From the NCBI GenBank assembly GCA_965206595.1, contig OZ242214.1, positions 6,688,001 through 6,752,000 on the forward strand: a DNA stretch of 64,000 bases, written 5' to 3'. A model generated the notes under the pieces. It was not told the origin of the DNA. It worked only from the letters and a program-made list of their open reading frames with translations, and did no database searches. This DNA comes from Candidatus Latescibacterota bacterium (GTDB lineage: Bacteria > Latescibacterota > UBA2968 > UBA8231). Of the stretch, positions 19,705 through 28,050 are shown piece after piece (position 1 is the stretch's first letter; every line of letters starts with the position of its first letter). Position numbers and translations under genes: made by a program.

Positions 19705-22700
19705 CTACTGCCGGCGCATTGGGTCTGGTCGGTGGTGGTGGGGGGGGGGCGGGGGGGTTACCGACCCACCATCACCATCACCACTGCTCGAGCCGGGCGG
19801 GGTCCGGGGCGGCCTGGGGGGCGGCTTGGGCTCGACGGTGAGGTTGAAGCTCAGCGACGCCTCCAATCCCTTCGGGTCGCGGGCGGTCACCGAGATCCGG
19901 GTCTGCCCGGTTTTCCTGGGGGTGATCAGCAGGCCGGTCCCCTCGACGGCCGCGGTGGCCACCGCTTCGTTGCTCGAGGTGGCGGTGTAGGTCAGGACGT
20001 CTTCTTCGTCCGGGTCGGTGAAGGCGCTCGACAGCTCGACCCGTGCCGGGCTGCCGATGCGGATCTTGCGGTTGGCCAGTGCTTTGGCCTCCGGGGGGCG
20101 GTTGGACGGGTACACGGTCACGGCCACCGGCAGGGTGGCAGCCCGGCCCCCTTCGTCGCGGGCGGTCACCGAGACCGTCACCTCGCCCGGGGCGACCGGG
20201 GCGATGGTCACCGTCGAGTCGGCCAGACTCGCGGCGGCGACCGCCTCGTCGCTGGAAGTCGCGGTGAGGGTCAGGGGGCCCCCTTCCGGGTCGCCGAAGC
20301 GGCCGGTCAGGTTCAGGGTCGCCGAGGCCCCCTCTACTTTCAGGATCTGCGCCGGCAGCCCGGCCCCCAGGGTCAGGCCGTAGGGCTCCTTCAGGCCGGT
20401 GGTGACCAGGTCTTCCACGTCGCTGCCGTCGAGATTCGCCCGCTGGATCTTGTCGGTGCCGTAGTCGGTCCAGTACATCCTGCCCTCTACAAGGTCGAGG
20501 GCGATCGCCTGGGAGGTCTGCAGGCCCTCGGTGACCAGGTCTTCCACACCGGAGCCGTCGAGATAAGCCCGCTGGATCTTGTCCGTGCCCCAGTCGGGCC
20601 AGTACATGCGGCCCTCTCCCAGGTCGAGGGCGATCCCTCGGGGCTGGTTGAGGCCGGTGACCAGGTCCTCGACCTGGGAGCCGTCGAGATTGGCCCGCTG
20701 AATCCGGTCGCTGCCCCAGTCGGTCCAGTAGATCTTGCCGCCGTCCCGATCGAGGGCGAGACCGTAGGGCTCGTTGAGGCCGGTAGTGACGAGGTCTTCG
20801 ATTTCGGAGCCGTCGAGGTGGGACCGCTGAATCTTGTCGGTGCCCCAGTCGGTCCAGTAGATCTTCCCTCCGGCCAGGTCGAGGGCGAGGCCGAACGGCT
20901 CCTGCAAGCCCTCGGTTACCAGGTCTTCGACCTTTGAGCCGTCGAGGTGGGACCGCTGGATCTTGTCGGCGCCGCTGTCGGTCCAGTACATGCGGCCCCC
21001 GTCCCGGTCGAGAGCGAGGTCCCGGGGCTGCATGAGTCCGGTGACCAGGGTGTGGATGCCGCTGCCGTCGAGCTCGGCGCGCTGGATGCGGTCGCTGCGG
21101 GCGTCGGTCCAGTAGAGCCAGGGCACGGCTACCGGGGGCTCGTTGGAAGCCTGCACGGTGACGGTGAAGGTTCGGGTTGCCTGCAGTCCCCCCGGGTCGC
21201 GGGCGGTCACGGTGATGGCGGTCTGGCCTACGGCCAGCAGACGCAGGGTCACCAGGGAATCGGCTACTTCTACTGACGCCACCGCTTCGTCGCCGGAGGA
21301 GGCCGTGTAGGTCAGGGCGTCGCCGTCCGGGTCGCTGCCGAAAAGCTCGAGGGTCAGCGAGTCGCCGGTTGCCGCGGTGCGGTCGGCCAGCGGCTCCAGG
21401 GAGGGGGCCTGGTTGTCGGCGGCCGCGGTCCGAACCAGGGCCAGGCCCCGCGGGCTCAGCAAGCCCTCGGTCACCAGGTCTTCCACCTCGCTGCCGTCGA
21501 GGTTGGACCGCTGGATGCGGTCGGTGCTGCTGTCGGCCCAGTAGAGCTTGCCCGCAGAAACGTCGAGGGCCAGGCCCCGGGGCGTGCCCAGACCGGTGGT
21601 GACGAGGTCCTCGACTTCCGTGCCGTCGAGGTTGGACCGCTGGATGCGGTCGCTGCCGCTGTCGGCCCAGTAGAGCTTGCCCGCGGCCGTATCCAGGGCC
21701 AGCCCCCGGGGGATCCGCAGGCCGGTAGCGACCAGATCCTCGATCCCGCTGCCGTCGAGGTTGGCCCGCTGGATCTTGTCGGCGCCGCTGTCGGTCCAGT
21801 AGAGCTTGCCGCCGGCCGCGTCCAGGGCCAGCCCCAACGGGGTCCGCAGGCCGGTGACGAGGTCTTCCACTTGAGAGCCGTCGAGGTTGGACCGCTGAAT
21901 CCGGTCGGTGCCGTTGTCCGTCCAGTAGAGCTTGCCCGCGGCCGCGTCCAGGGCCAGCCCCAGGGGAATCTGCAGGTCGGTGGTGACCAGGTCCTCCACC
22001 TCGGAGCCGTCGAGGTTGGACCGCTGGATGCGGTCGCTGCCGTAGTCGGTCCAGTAGAGCTTGCCGGCGGCCTCGTCCACGGCCAGCCCGCGCGGATTGA
22101 CCAGGCCGCTGTCGATCACGTCCTCCACCCCCGTGCCGTCGAGGTGGGACCGCCGGATCCGGTCCGCCTCCGCGTCCGTCCAGTAGAGCCGGACGACGGT
22201 CCCGGGGCCCCCGGCTCCGACGAGGACGGCGAAGCGCTGCACGGCCTCCAGGCCCTCCGGGTCGCGGGCGGTCGCGGTGATCGTGGCCCGGCCCATCGAC
22301 AGCGCGTAGACCGTCAGCAGGGAGTCGGTCACCTCGACCCGGGCTACCGCCTCGTCGCTCGATGAAGCCGTGTAGGTCAGGGCGTCGCCGTCCGGGTCGC
22401 TGGCGGCCGCCGCCAGGGTCAGGGTGTCGCCGGCCGCCGCGGCCCGGTCGGCCAGTGGCGCCAAGGTGGGGGGCCGGTTGCCGACCGTCTCTGCAGTCCG
22501 GGCCAGGGCCAGCCCCCGCGGACTCAGCAGGCCCTCGGTCACCAGGTCTTCGATTTCAGAGCCGTCGAGATTCGCCCGCTGGATCTTGCCGGTGCCGCTG
22601 TCCGTCCAATAGAGCTTGCCCCCCTCCGCGTCGAGGGCCAGGCCCCGGGGGGTGTGCAAGCCGGTGCTTACCAGCTCTTCCACCTCGGAGCCGTCGAGGT

Positions 22701-24312
22701 TGGCCCGCTGAATCTGGTCGCTGCCGTTGTCCGTCCAGTAGAGCTTGCCCCCGGCTGCGTCCACGGCCAGCCCCCGGGGAAGGTCCAGGCCGGTGGCGAC
22801 CAGGTCCTCGATTTCGGAGCCGTCGAGGTTGGACCGCTGGATCTTGTCGGCGCCGCTGTCGGTCCAGTAGAGCTGGCCGCCGGCTGCATCCAGGGCCAGG
22901 CTCAGCGGCGTCTGCAGGCCGGTGACCACATCCTCGACTTGAGAGCCGTCGAGGTTGGACCGCTGGATCTTGTCGCTGCCGTAGTCGGTCCAGTAGAGTT
23001 TGCCCGTTCCCGCGTCGAGGGCCAGGCCCAGGGGGATGCGCAGACCGGTGGTGACGAGGTCCTCGACTTGAGAGCCGTCGAGGTTGGACCGCTGAATCCG
23101 GTCGCTGCCGTAGTCGGTCCAGTAGAGCTGGCCGGCGGCTGAGTCCACGGCCAGGCCGCGCGGGTTGACCAGGCCGCTGTCGATTACGTCCTCGACCCCG
23201 GAGCCGTCCAGGCGGGAGCGCTGAATGCGGTCGCCGTCCGCGTCCGTCCAGTAGAGCCAGGTCGTATCCCCGCCGGCCGCCAAGGACCCGATCCCTTCCG
23301 GCAGCGACGGGTCGGACGGGTCGGCGTGGTAGGCCTCGATGAGCCGGGCGTCGTCCAGGTCGACCTGCCCGTCCCGGTTGACGTCGCCGAGAGAAATGTC
23401 GCCGGTGGGCAGGGACAGGGTCGGGTCCTCGCTGTAGGAGGCGATCAGCAGGGCGTCGGCGAGATCGACCCGGCCGTTGCCGTCGACGTCCCCCAGCAGG
23501 CCGCCTGCAACCGCCGCCTTGCCCCGAGGCAGGTCCGCCAGCGTTTGAACCTGGATCTCGACCCGCCCGGCCCCCACCCGGAAGGCCGGGTCGACCCAGG
23601 GAACCAGCCCCGATCCCGAGACCGTCAGCCCGTAGAGCTGACCCTCGCCGTGGACCGAAGCCCTCGCCCCATCCGAAACCGCTCCACCCGCCGGGACCAC
23701 CGGGCCGTCCAGCAGCACCATCGACCGCGTCAGGCGCTCCCCGCCGCCCAGCAGACGGTACAGGTACACCCCCGAAGCCACGCCTCGCCCGGAGGCGTCG
23801 GTCGCGTTCCAGGTTGCGGTGTGAAAGCCGGCCGGCCGCGCCCCGTCGACCAGGGTCGTCACCCGCTGCCCCAGGATGTTGAACACCTCCAGGCGCACCC
23901 GCGCCGGGGCCGGCAGCTGATACGGAATGATCGTCGAGGGATTGAACGGGTTGGGGTAGTTCTGACCCAGCTGCAGGCGCGCCGGCAGGGGCGCCGCCCG
24001 GTGCAGCGCCTTCAGGGGCAGGGCGAAATAGCCGCTCTCATCCGCGGTGGCGCCCAGCGAGCGCCCCAGCTCGGCGAACAGCCGCACCCGCGCCCCGGCT
24101 GCCGGGGCGCCCGAAGACAGAAGCACCCGACCCTCCAGCAGCGGCTCGGCGCCGGCGGCGGCCCCGGCGCCTGATCCCGGTCCCGCGAGGCAGCCGAGCA
24201 CCGCCAGCAGCCATCCAAAACCGCCGGCACCCGGGAAAGAGGCCGAGGAGCGCCGGGCGGCCAGGGTGCGGGGCGTATCGATGGGGTTCTCCAGTCGTAA
24301 GGTCGGCCGCAT
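19705..24312 (-). CDS. Giant adhesin-like protein, proximal part: signal peptide, FlgD-Ig/T9SS-CTD-like domain, dockerin-like pair, three 6-bladed LDL-receptor YWTD propellers, Ig-like spacers
   Basis: QNYPNPFNPST; GDVDGNGRVDLAD and GDVNRDGQVDLDD; 18 YWxD repeats in three groups of six; ends in a Pro-rich hinge. Confidence 0.88.
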   Translation of the reverse strand: MRPTLRLENPIDTPRTLAARRSSASFPGAGGFGWLLAVLGCLAGPGSGAGAAAGAEPLLEGRVLLSSGAPAAGARVRLFAELGRSLGATADESGYFALPLKALHRAAPLPARLQLGQNYPNPFNPSTIIPYQLPAPARVRLEVFNILGQRVTTLVDGARPAGFHTATWNATDASGRGVASGVYLYRLLGGGERLTRSMVLLDGPVVPAGGAVSDGARASVHGEGQLYGLTVSGSGLVPWVDPAFRVGAGRVEIQVQTLADLPRGKAAVAGGLLGDVDGNGRVDLADALLIASYSEDPTLSLPTGDISLGDVNRDGQVDLDDARLIEAYHADPSDPSLPEGIGSLAAGGDTTWLYWTDADGDRIQRSRLDGSGVEDVIDSGLVNPRGLAVDSAAGQLYWTDYGSDRIQRSNLDGSQVEDLVTTGLRIPLGLALDAGTGKLYWTDYGSDKIQRSNLDGSQVEDVVTGLQTPLSLALDAAGGQLYWTDSGADKIQRSNLDGSEIEDLVATGLDLPRGLAVDAAGGKLYWTDNGSDQIQRANLDGSEVEELVSTGLHTPRGLALDAEGGKLYWTDSGTGKIQRANLDGSEIEDLVTEGLLSPRGLALARTAETVGNRPPTLAPLADRAAAAGDTLTLAAAASDPDGDALTYTASSSDEAVARVEVTDSLLTVYALSMGRATITATARDPEGLEAVQRFAVLVGAGGPGTVVRLYWTDAEADRIRRSHLDGTGVEDVIDSGLVNPRGLAVDEAAGKLYWTDYGSDRIQRSNLDGSEVEDLVTTDLQIPLGLALDAAAGKLYWTDNGTDRIQRSNLDGSQVEDLVTGLRTPLGLALDAAGGKLYWTDSGADKIQRANLDGSGIEDLVATGLRIPRGLALDTAAGKLYWADSGSDRIQRSNLDGTEVEDLVTTGLGTPRGLALDVSAGKLYWADSSTDRIQRSNLDGSEVEDLVTEGLLSPRGLALVRTAAADNQAPSLEPLADRTAATGDSLTLELFGSDPDGDALTYTASSGDEAVASVEVADSLVTLRLLAVGQTAITVTARDPGGLQATRTFTVTVQASNEPPVAVPWLYWTDARSDRIQRAELDGSGIHTLVTGLMQPRDLALDRDGGRMYWTDSGADKIQRSHLDGSKVEDLVTEGLQEPFGLALDLAGGKIYWTDWGTDKIQRSHLDGSEIEDLVTTGLNEPYGLALDRDGGKIYWTDWGSDRIQRANLDGSQVEDLVTGLNQPRGIALDLGEGRMYWPDWGTDKIQRAYLDGSGVEDLVTEGLQTSQAIALDLVEGRMYWTDYGTDKIQRANLDGSDVEDLVTTGLKEPYGLTLGAGLPAQILKVEGASATLNLTGRFGDPEGGPLTLTATSSDEAVAAASLADSTVTIAPVAPGEVTVSVTARDEGGRAATLPVAVTVYPSNRPPEAKALANRKIRIGSPARVELSSAFTDPDEEDVLTYTATSSNEAVATAAVEGTGLLITPRKTGQTRISVTARDPKGLEASLSFNLTVEPKPPPRPPRTPPGSSSGDGDGGSVTPPPPPHHHRPDPMRRQ
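19740..19757 (+). repeat. G10-C-G7 homopolymer tract at the frameshift between the two adhesin ORFs
   Basis: G11 (or G8) would fuse ...GSVTPPPPP to PPPPTRPNAPAVAPASSTSLKVTWTAP. Confidence 0.85.
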
Positions 24313-24381
24313 ACAGGACCGGGGTTGCCGAAGCCGCGGCAGGAACGCAGGGGCCCTGCGCGTTTGGATCCTGTATGGGCG

Positions 24382-24397
24382 TGCAAAGACTGTTCCA
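24382..24397 (-). promoter_or_regulatory. Sigma54 (-24/-12) promoter of the adhesin gene
   Basis: Minus strand TGGAACAGTCTTTGCA = GG-N10-GC, about 70 bp upstream of the ATG at 24312. Confidence 0.7.
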
Positions 24398-24476
24398 TCT
24401 TCGAAGAAATGGAGCTAACTACTTGCAGATAAAGGGGTTAATCCATATGGGGAGAAGCCGAGGAAAAAGGGGGAAG

Positions 24477-24630
24477 TGTCGCATTTTGAAATATTCCTGC
24501 GCTGCCCCGGGGGTTGCCTGAAGGGGGTTCACCTTGTTCAATCAACTGTTTATAAACGGGTTATAAAAAACCAGGGGAGGCAGGGAGGCCCATATGTAGC
24601 AATATGCGACACCTGTCTCAATTTGCGACA
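24477..24630. promoter_or_regulatory. Enhancer-binding-protein sites plus IHF site
   Basis: tgtcgcattttgaaata 24477-24493, tgtagcaatatgcgaca 24595-24611, tgtctcaatttgcgaca 24614-24630; aatcaactgttta 24540-24552 fits WATCAANNNNTTR. Confidence 0.65.
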
Positions 24631-24711
24631 GAAAAGGGAAGACTGGAAAGGGGCCGTGCGGTCGGATCTCAGCGGGGATCCGCAGCCCGCGGACAGGCAG
24701 AATGCCCGGCT

Positions 24712-24878
24712 AGGTCTTCGACCTGGCTGCCGTCGGGGTTGGCCCGCTGGATCTTGTCGGTGCCGTAGTCGGTCCAGTACATCCTGCCCTCGCCCAGATC
24801 GAGGGCGATCGCCTGGGAGGTCTGCAGGCCCTCGGTGACCAGATCCTCGATTTCGGAGCCGTCGAGGCGGGCGCGCTG
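24712..24878 (-). pseudogene. Orphan YWTD-repeat fragment, paralogous to the last blade of propeller 3
   Basis: QRARLDGSEIEDLVTEGLQTSQAIALDLGEGRMYWTDYGTDKIQRANPDGSQVEDL; close to the ~20410-20570 segment. Confidence 0.8.
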
Positions 24879-25186
24879 CGCGTGCGCGGACGCTGGCGCG
24901 TGGAGCTGGCCGTCTACCTCAAAGCGCTGGCCTGCAATATCAAGAGAATGGTGCGGGCGCTTACGCCCAAACCCGAAGCCATAGCTCCGGCGATGGGCTG
25001 AAAAAGGGAACGGAGGTCCCTTTCGGTGCCGGAAAAAGGCCTGATAAGCCCGATTCGAGGCCATCGGACGATAGAGCGCTGAAGCCGCTAAACTGCGGCG
25101 CATTCTCGATTCTTTTCATGTGGGTGAAACTAAAGTTTCAAGAAAAAATCTCTGTCTTGAAAACGGGGTTGTTACGAGGGAGTCAA
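24868..25186 (+). mobile_element. 3' remnant of a second, inverted copy of the IS1182-like element
   Basis: GALRVRGRWRVELAVYLKALACN...PKPEAIAPAMG* followed by TIR ggggttgttacgagggagtcaa; diverged reverse complement of 11927-12245. Confidence 0.88.
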
Positions 25187-25188
25187 TC

Positions 25189-25343
25189 TTGATTCTCTCG
25201 TAAAAACCCTACGTCGCTCAGAATGCCCGGTTTATCACACAACATATAGTGTATGCCTTGTCTTTGTTGGCCAATATATAGTGGCGATCTAATGTGCTGA
25301 ATCGCTGAACATCCTCAAAATGGGGTTTATACGAAGAAGTCAA
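25189..25343. mobile_element. MITE-like mini-element 1 with IS1182-like ends
   Basis: Starts ttgattctctcgtaaaaaccc (same as IS 5' TIR), ends ggggtttatacgaagaagtcaa; no meaningful ORF. Confidence 0.8.
25237..25284. promoter_or_regulatory. Tandem NrdR-box-like operator pair in mini-element 1
   Basis: acacaacatatagtgt (25237-25252) and ggccaatatatagtgg (25269-25284) versus consensus acaCwAtATaTwGtgt; 32-bp spacing. Confidence 0.65.
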
Positions 25344-25345
25344 TG

Positions 25346-25499
25346 TTGATTCTCTCGTAACAACCATACGTCGCTCAGAACACCGGTTTTTTATACAACA
25401 TATAGTGTATGCTTTGTCTTGGTTGGCCAATATATAGTGGCGCTCAAATGTGCTGAATCGCTGAACACCCTCAAAATGGGGTTTATACGAAGAAGTCAA
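25346..25499. mobile_element. MITE-like mini-element 2 (diverged tandem copy)
   Basis: ttgattctctcgtaacaacc...ggggtttatacgaagaagtcaa; 2 bp from copy 1. Confidence 0.8.
25393..25440. promoter_or_regulatory. Tandem NrdR-box-like operator pair in mini-element 2
   Basis: atacaacatatagtgt (25393-25408) and ggccaatatatagtgg (25425-25440); 32-bp spacing. Confidence 0.65.
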
Positions 25500-25702
25500 T
25501 GTTGGTATTCGATGTCGACGATCCTCAGGGAGATGGTGGACCTGATGGAATTTATACTATCCCGCCTGTGGACCCCGACCCCGAGTCCAGCCAGGGGCCG
25601 GATTTTTTCGGGGACGGACTGCTTGTGCCCGTTGGTGGAACGGAGGACAGCGCCGTGGAGTCCGTCTCGTGGGGGCGCATCAAGGCCTCACTCCAGCCCT
25701 AG
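25499..25702 (+). pseudogene. 3' remnant of a secreted SWGRIK-motif protein, paralog of 36866-37759
   Basis: GPDFFGDGLLVPVGGTEDSAVESVSWGRIKASLQP; 5' part replaced by MITEs/IS. Confidence 0.8.
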
Positions 25703-26397
25703 ACCGCCAGGTACTCCCTCAACCGGGAGTCGTCTTCCTTCAGCTCCTCCGCGGTCGCCGAAAAACGGATCGCGCCCCGCTCCATCACGTGCACCCGGTC
25801 GCTCAGGGCGAGCGCGAACTGCGGGTTCTGCTCGGCCAGCAGGATGGAAAGTCCGGTCTCCCTCAGGGCGGCGAGCTGCTCCTGCATCGACCTGACGACC
25901 AGCGGCGCCAACCCCTCCGACGGCTCGTCGAGCAGCAGCAGCTTCGGGCTCCCGACGAGGCTGCGGGCGATCGCCAGCAACTGCTGCTGCCCGCCGCTGA
26001 GCACTCCGCCGAGCCTTTTTGCGAGCGGGCCCAAATCCGGGAAGAGGTCGTACACGAAACGCTCGTCCCGCTGCCTTTTCCCGGGCCGTCTCGCGATCTG
26101 CAGGTTCTCCTCCACGCTCAGTCCCGGGAATATCCGCCGCTCCTCCGGCACGTAGCCGATCCCCAGGCGGGCGATCTTGTGAGTCGGGGCCGCGGTGACG
26201 TTCCTGCCGTTCCACTCGACCCGCCCGCGCCGCGCCGGGGTCAGGCCCATGATGCTGCGCAGGGTCGTGGTCTTGCCGGCGCCATTGCGCCCCATCAGGG
26301 CCACCACTTCCCCTTCGCCGACTTCGAAGCTCACCCCCGACAGAACGCGGCTGAGGCCGTAGGAGACATGCAGGTCGGTTACCTGGAGCCGGGTCAC
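25699..26397 (-). CDS. livF: Branched-chain amino acid-type ABC transporter ATPase
   Basis: GRNGAGKTT, LSGGQQQ, LLLDEPSEGLAP. Confidence 0.92.
   Translation of the reverse strand: MTRLQVTDLHVSYGLSRVLSGVSFEVGEGEVVALMGRNGAGKTTTLRSIMGLTPARRGRVEWNGRNVTAAPTHKIARLGIGYVPEERRIFPGLSVEENLQIARRPGKRQRDERFVYDLFPDLGPLAKRLGGVLSGGQQQLLAIARSLVGSPKLLLLDEPSEGLAPLVVRSMQEQLAALRETGLSILLAEQNPQFALALSDRVHVMERGAIRFSATAEELKEDDSRLREYLAV
25700..25727 (+). repeat. Right copy of 28-bp direct repeat (livF 3' end)
   Basis: tagaccgccaggtactccctcaaccggg. Confidence 0.9.
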
Positions 26398-27128
26398 TCT
26401 TCTTCTCCCAGGTACACCTGCCTGACCTTCGGATTGCCCCGGATCTCCCGCGGCGTGCCCGAGGCGATCAGCTCGCCGTGGTGCAGCACCGATATGCGGT
26501 CGGCGATGCCGAACACCACCTCCATGTCGTGCTCGGTGAACAGCAGGCTGAGCCCGCGCGCCTCCTGGATGCGCTTGATCAGCCCGGTAGTCCGCCTCGT
26601 CTCCTCCGCGGACATGCCGGCCGTCGGCTCGTCGAGAAGCAGCAGGTGCGGTTCCAGGGCGAGGGCGAGGGCCAGCTCGAGCTGCTTCTGCTGTCCGTAG
26701 GCAAGCTCCCCGGCGACGCGGCCGCTTTCGCCTCCCAGGCCCACGACCGACAGCAACTCCTCGGCGAGGGCTCCAGCCTTTCTCCTGGTCCCGAACAGGC
26801 GCAGCTGCCGGCGCTGCTGCGCGATCACCGCGGCCTCGACGTTGGCGGCGACCGTCAGCCGCGGAAAGATGTTGATGCGCTGAAACGAACGCGCGACGCC
26901 GAGGCGCACGATCTCGTGGGGCGGCAACCCGGTGAGCGGCTGCCCGTAGAAGCTCACCCTCCCACCGTCCGGTTTCAGGTGGCCGGTGACGAGGTTGAAC
27001 AGCGTCGTCTTGCCGGCTCCGTTCGGTCCGATGACGGCGTGGGTTTCCCGCGGCGCGACCGTCAGGCTGACCTCCCCGACCGCGGCGAAGCCGTCGAAGC
27101 TCTTGTGGAGATTCTCGATCTCGAGCAC
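26394..27128 (-). CDS. livG: Branched-chain amino acid-type ABC transporter ATPase
   Basis: GPNGAGKTT, RSFQ, LLLDEPTAGMS, EHDM, VRQVYLG. Confidence 0.92.
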   Translation of the reverse strand: MLEIENLHKSFDGFAAVGEVSLTVAPRETHAVIGPNGAGKTTLFNLVTGHLKPDGGRVSFYGQPLTGLPPHEIVRLGVARSFQRINIFPRLTVAANVEAAVIAQQRRQLRLFGTRRKAGALAEELLSVVGLGGESGRVAGELAYGQQKQLELALALALEPHLLLLDEPTAGMSAEETRRTTGLIKRIQEARGLSLLFTEHDMEVVFGIADRISVLHHGELIASGTPREIRGNPKVRQVYLGEEE

Positions 27129-27132
27129 CGCT

Positions 27133-28050
27133 TCAGTCTCCTCCGCGGCGGCGCCGGCGGCGCGCCAGCCCGGCGAGCCCCTCGGGGGCGGCGAGCACGA
27201 CCGCGAGCAGAATGACCCCGAGAACCGCGGGCCAGTACTCGGTGACCTGGTTGGCGAACTGCTCGAGCAGGTAGAGGACCGCGGCCCCGAGGGCCGGCCC
27301 GAAGAAGGAGTACATGCCGCCCAGCAGCACCATGATCAGTACCTGCGCCGACTCCGGCCAGAACGCCGATTCGACGTACATGCCGCGGTTGTACATCGCG
27401 AACAGAGCCCCGGCCAGACCGGCGAAGGTCCCGGCAACTACGAAGGCCGCCCATCTCATCAGGCGGGTGTCGACCCCGAGGAACTCGGCGCGGCCGCGGT
27501 TCTCGCGGATCGCGGTCAGCACGCGGCCGAACGGAGAGCGGCAGATCCCCCACAGGGCGGCGACCGACCCCCAGACCAGGAGCTGGCAGAAGTAGTAGAA
27601 AAACGTTCGCGAGGTCAGCGCCTGGGGCAGGGTGACGCCGACGAAGCCGTCGTCCCCCCCGGTCAGGGAGCGCCACTTGAAGGCGACCGACCAGACCAGC
27701 ATGGCGAAGGCCAGGGTCAGCATGGCGAAGTAGATGTCGGTGAGCCGCACGCAGAAGAACCCGACGGCCGCGGCGCAGAGGGCGCAGAAGAGGATCGCGG
27801 CAGGCAGGCTGGCATAGAGGGGCCAGTCGCAGGTGGTCAGCAGGATGGCGCAGCTGTACCCGCCGAGGGCGAAGTAGGCGGCGTGGCCGAACGAGACGTT
27901 GCCGGCGTACCCCACGAGCACGTTCAGGCTGGTGGCGAAGAGGATGTATATGGCGATTTCCGTCGTCAGGTCTACGAGGTAGTCCGACCCGGTCAGGGGG
28001 ACGCAGGCGAGCGCCAGCGCCGCGGCGGCGAGGAGGAGGGCGCGCCTCAT
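27133..28050 (-). CDS. livM: Branched-chain amino acid-type ABC permease
   Basis: GYAGNVSFGHAAYF, YFAMLTLAF, TGGDDG, AIREN; start MRRALLL. Confidence 0.9.
   Translation of the reverse strand: MRRALLLAAAALALACVPLTGSDYLVDLTTEIAIYILFATSLNVLVGYAGNVSFGHAAYFALGGYSCAILLTTCDWPLYASLPAAILFCALCAAAVGFFCVRLTDIYFAMLTLAFAMLVWSVAFKWRSLTGGDDGFVGVTLPQALTSRTFFYYFCQLLVWGSVAALWGICRSPFGRVLTAIRENRGRAEFLGVDTRLMRWAAFVVAGTFAGLAGALFAMYNRGMYVESAFWPESAQVLIMVLLGGMYSFFGPALGAAVLYLLEQFANQVTEYWPAVLGVILLAVVLAAPEGLAGLARRRRRRGGD

Larger units (their letters stand above)
11860..25727. mobile_element. 13.8-kb genomic island bounded by a 28-bp direct repeat
   Basis: Flanking direct repeat; contents are IS copies, MITEs, gene remnants and an adhesin gene; no integrase visible. 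Confidence 0.7.

Noticed and set aside
14180-24312. Diversity-generating retroelement template/variable repeats
   Set aside because: No reverse transcriptase in the window; the repeats are in-frame domain repeats without evident adenine-specific differences
25189-25499. CRISPR array
   Set aside because: Whole ~155-bp units are duplicated with no unique spacers, the ends match IS TIRs, and no cas genes are in the window
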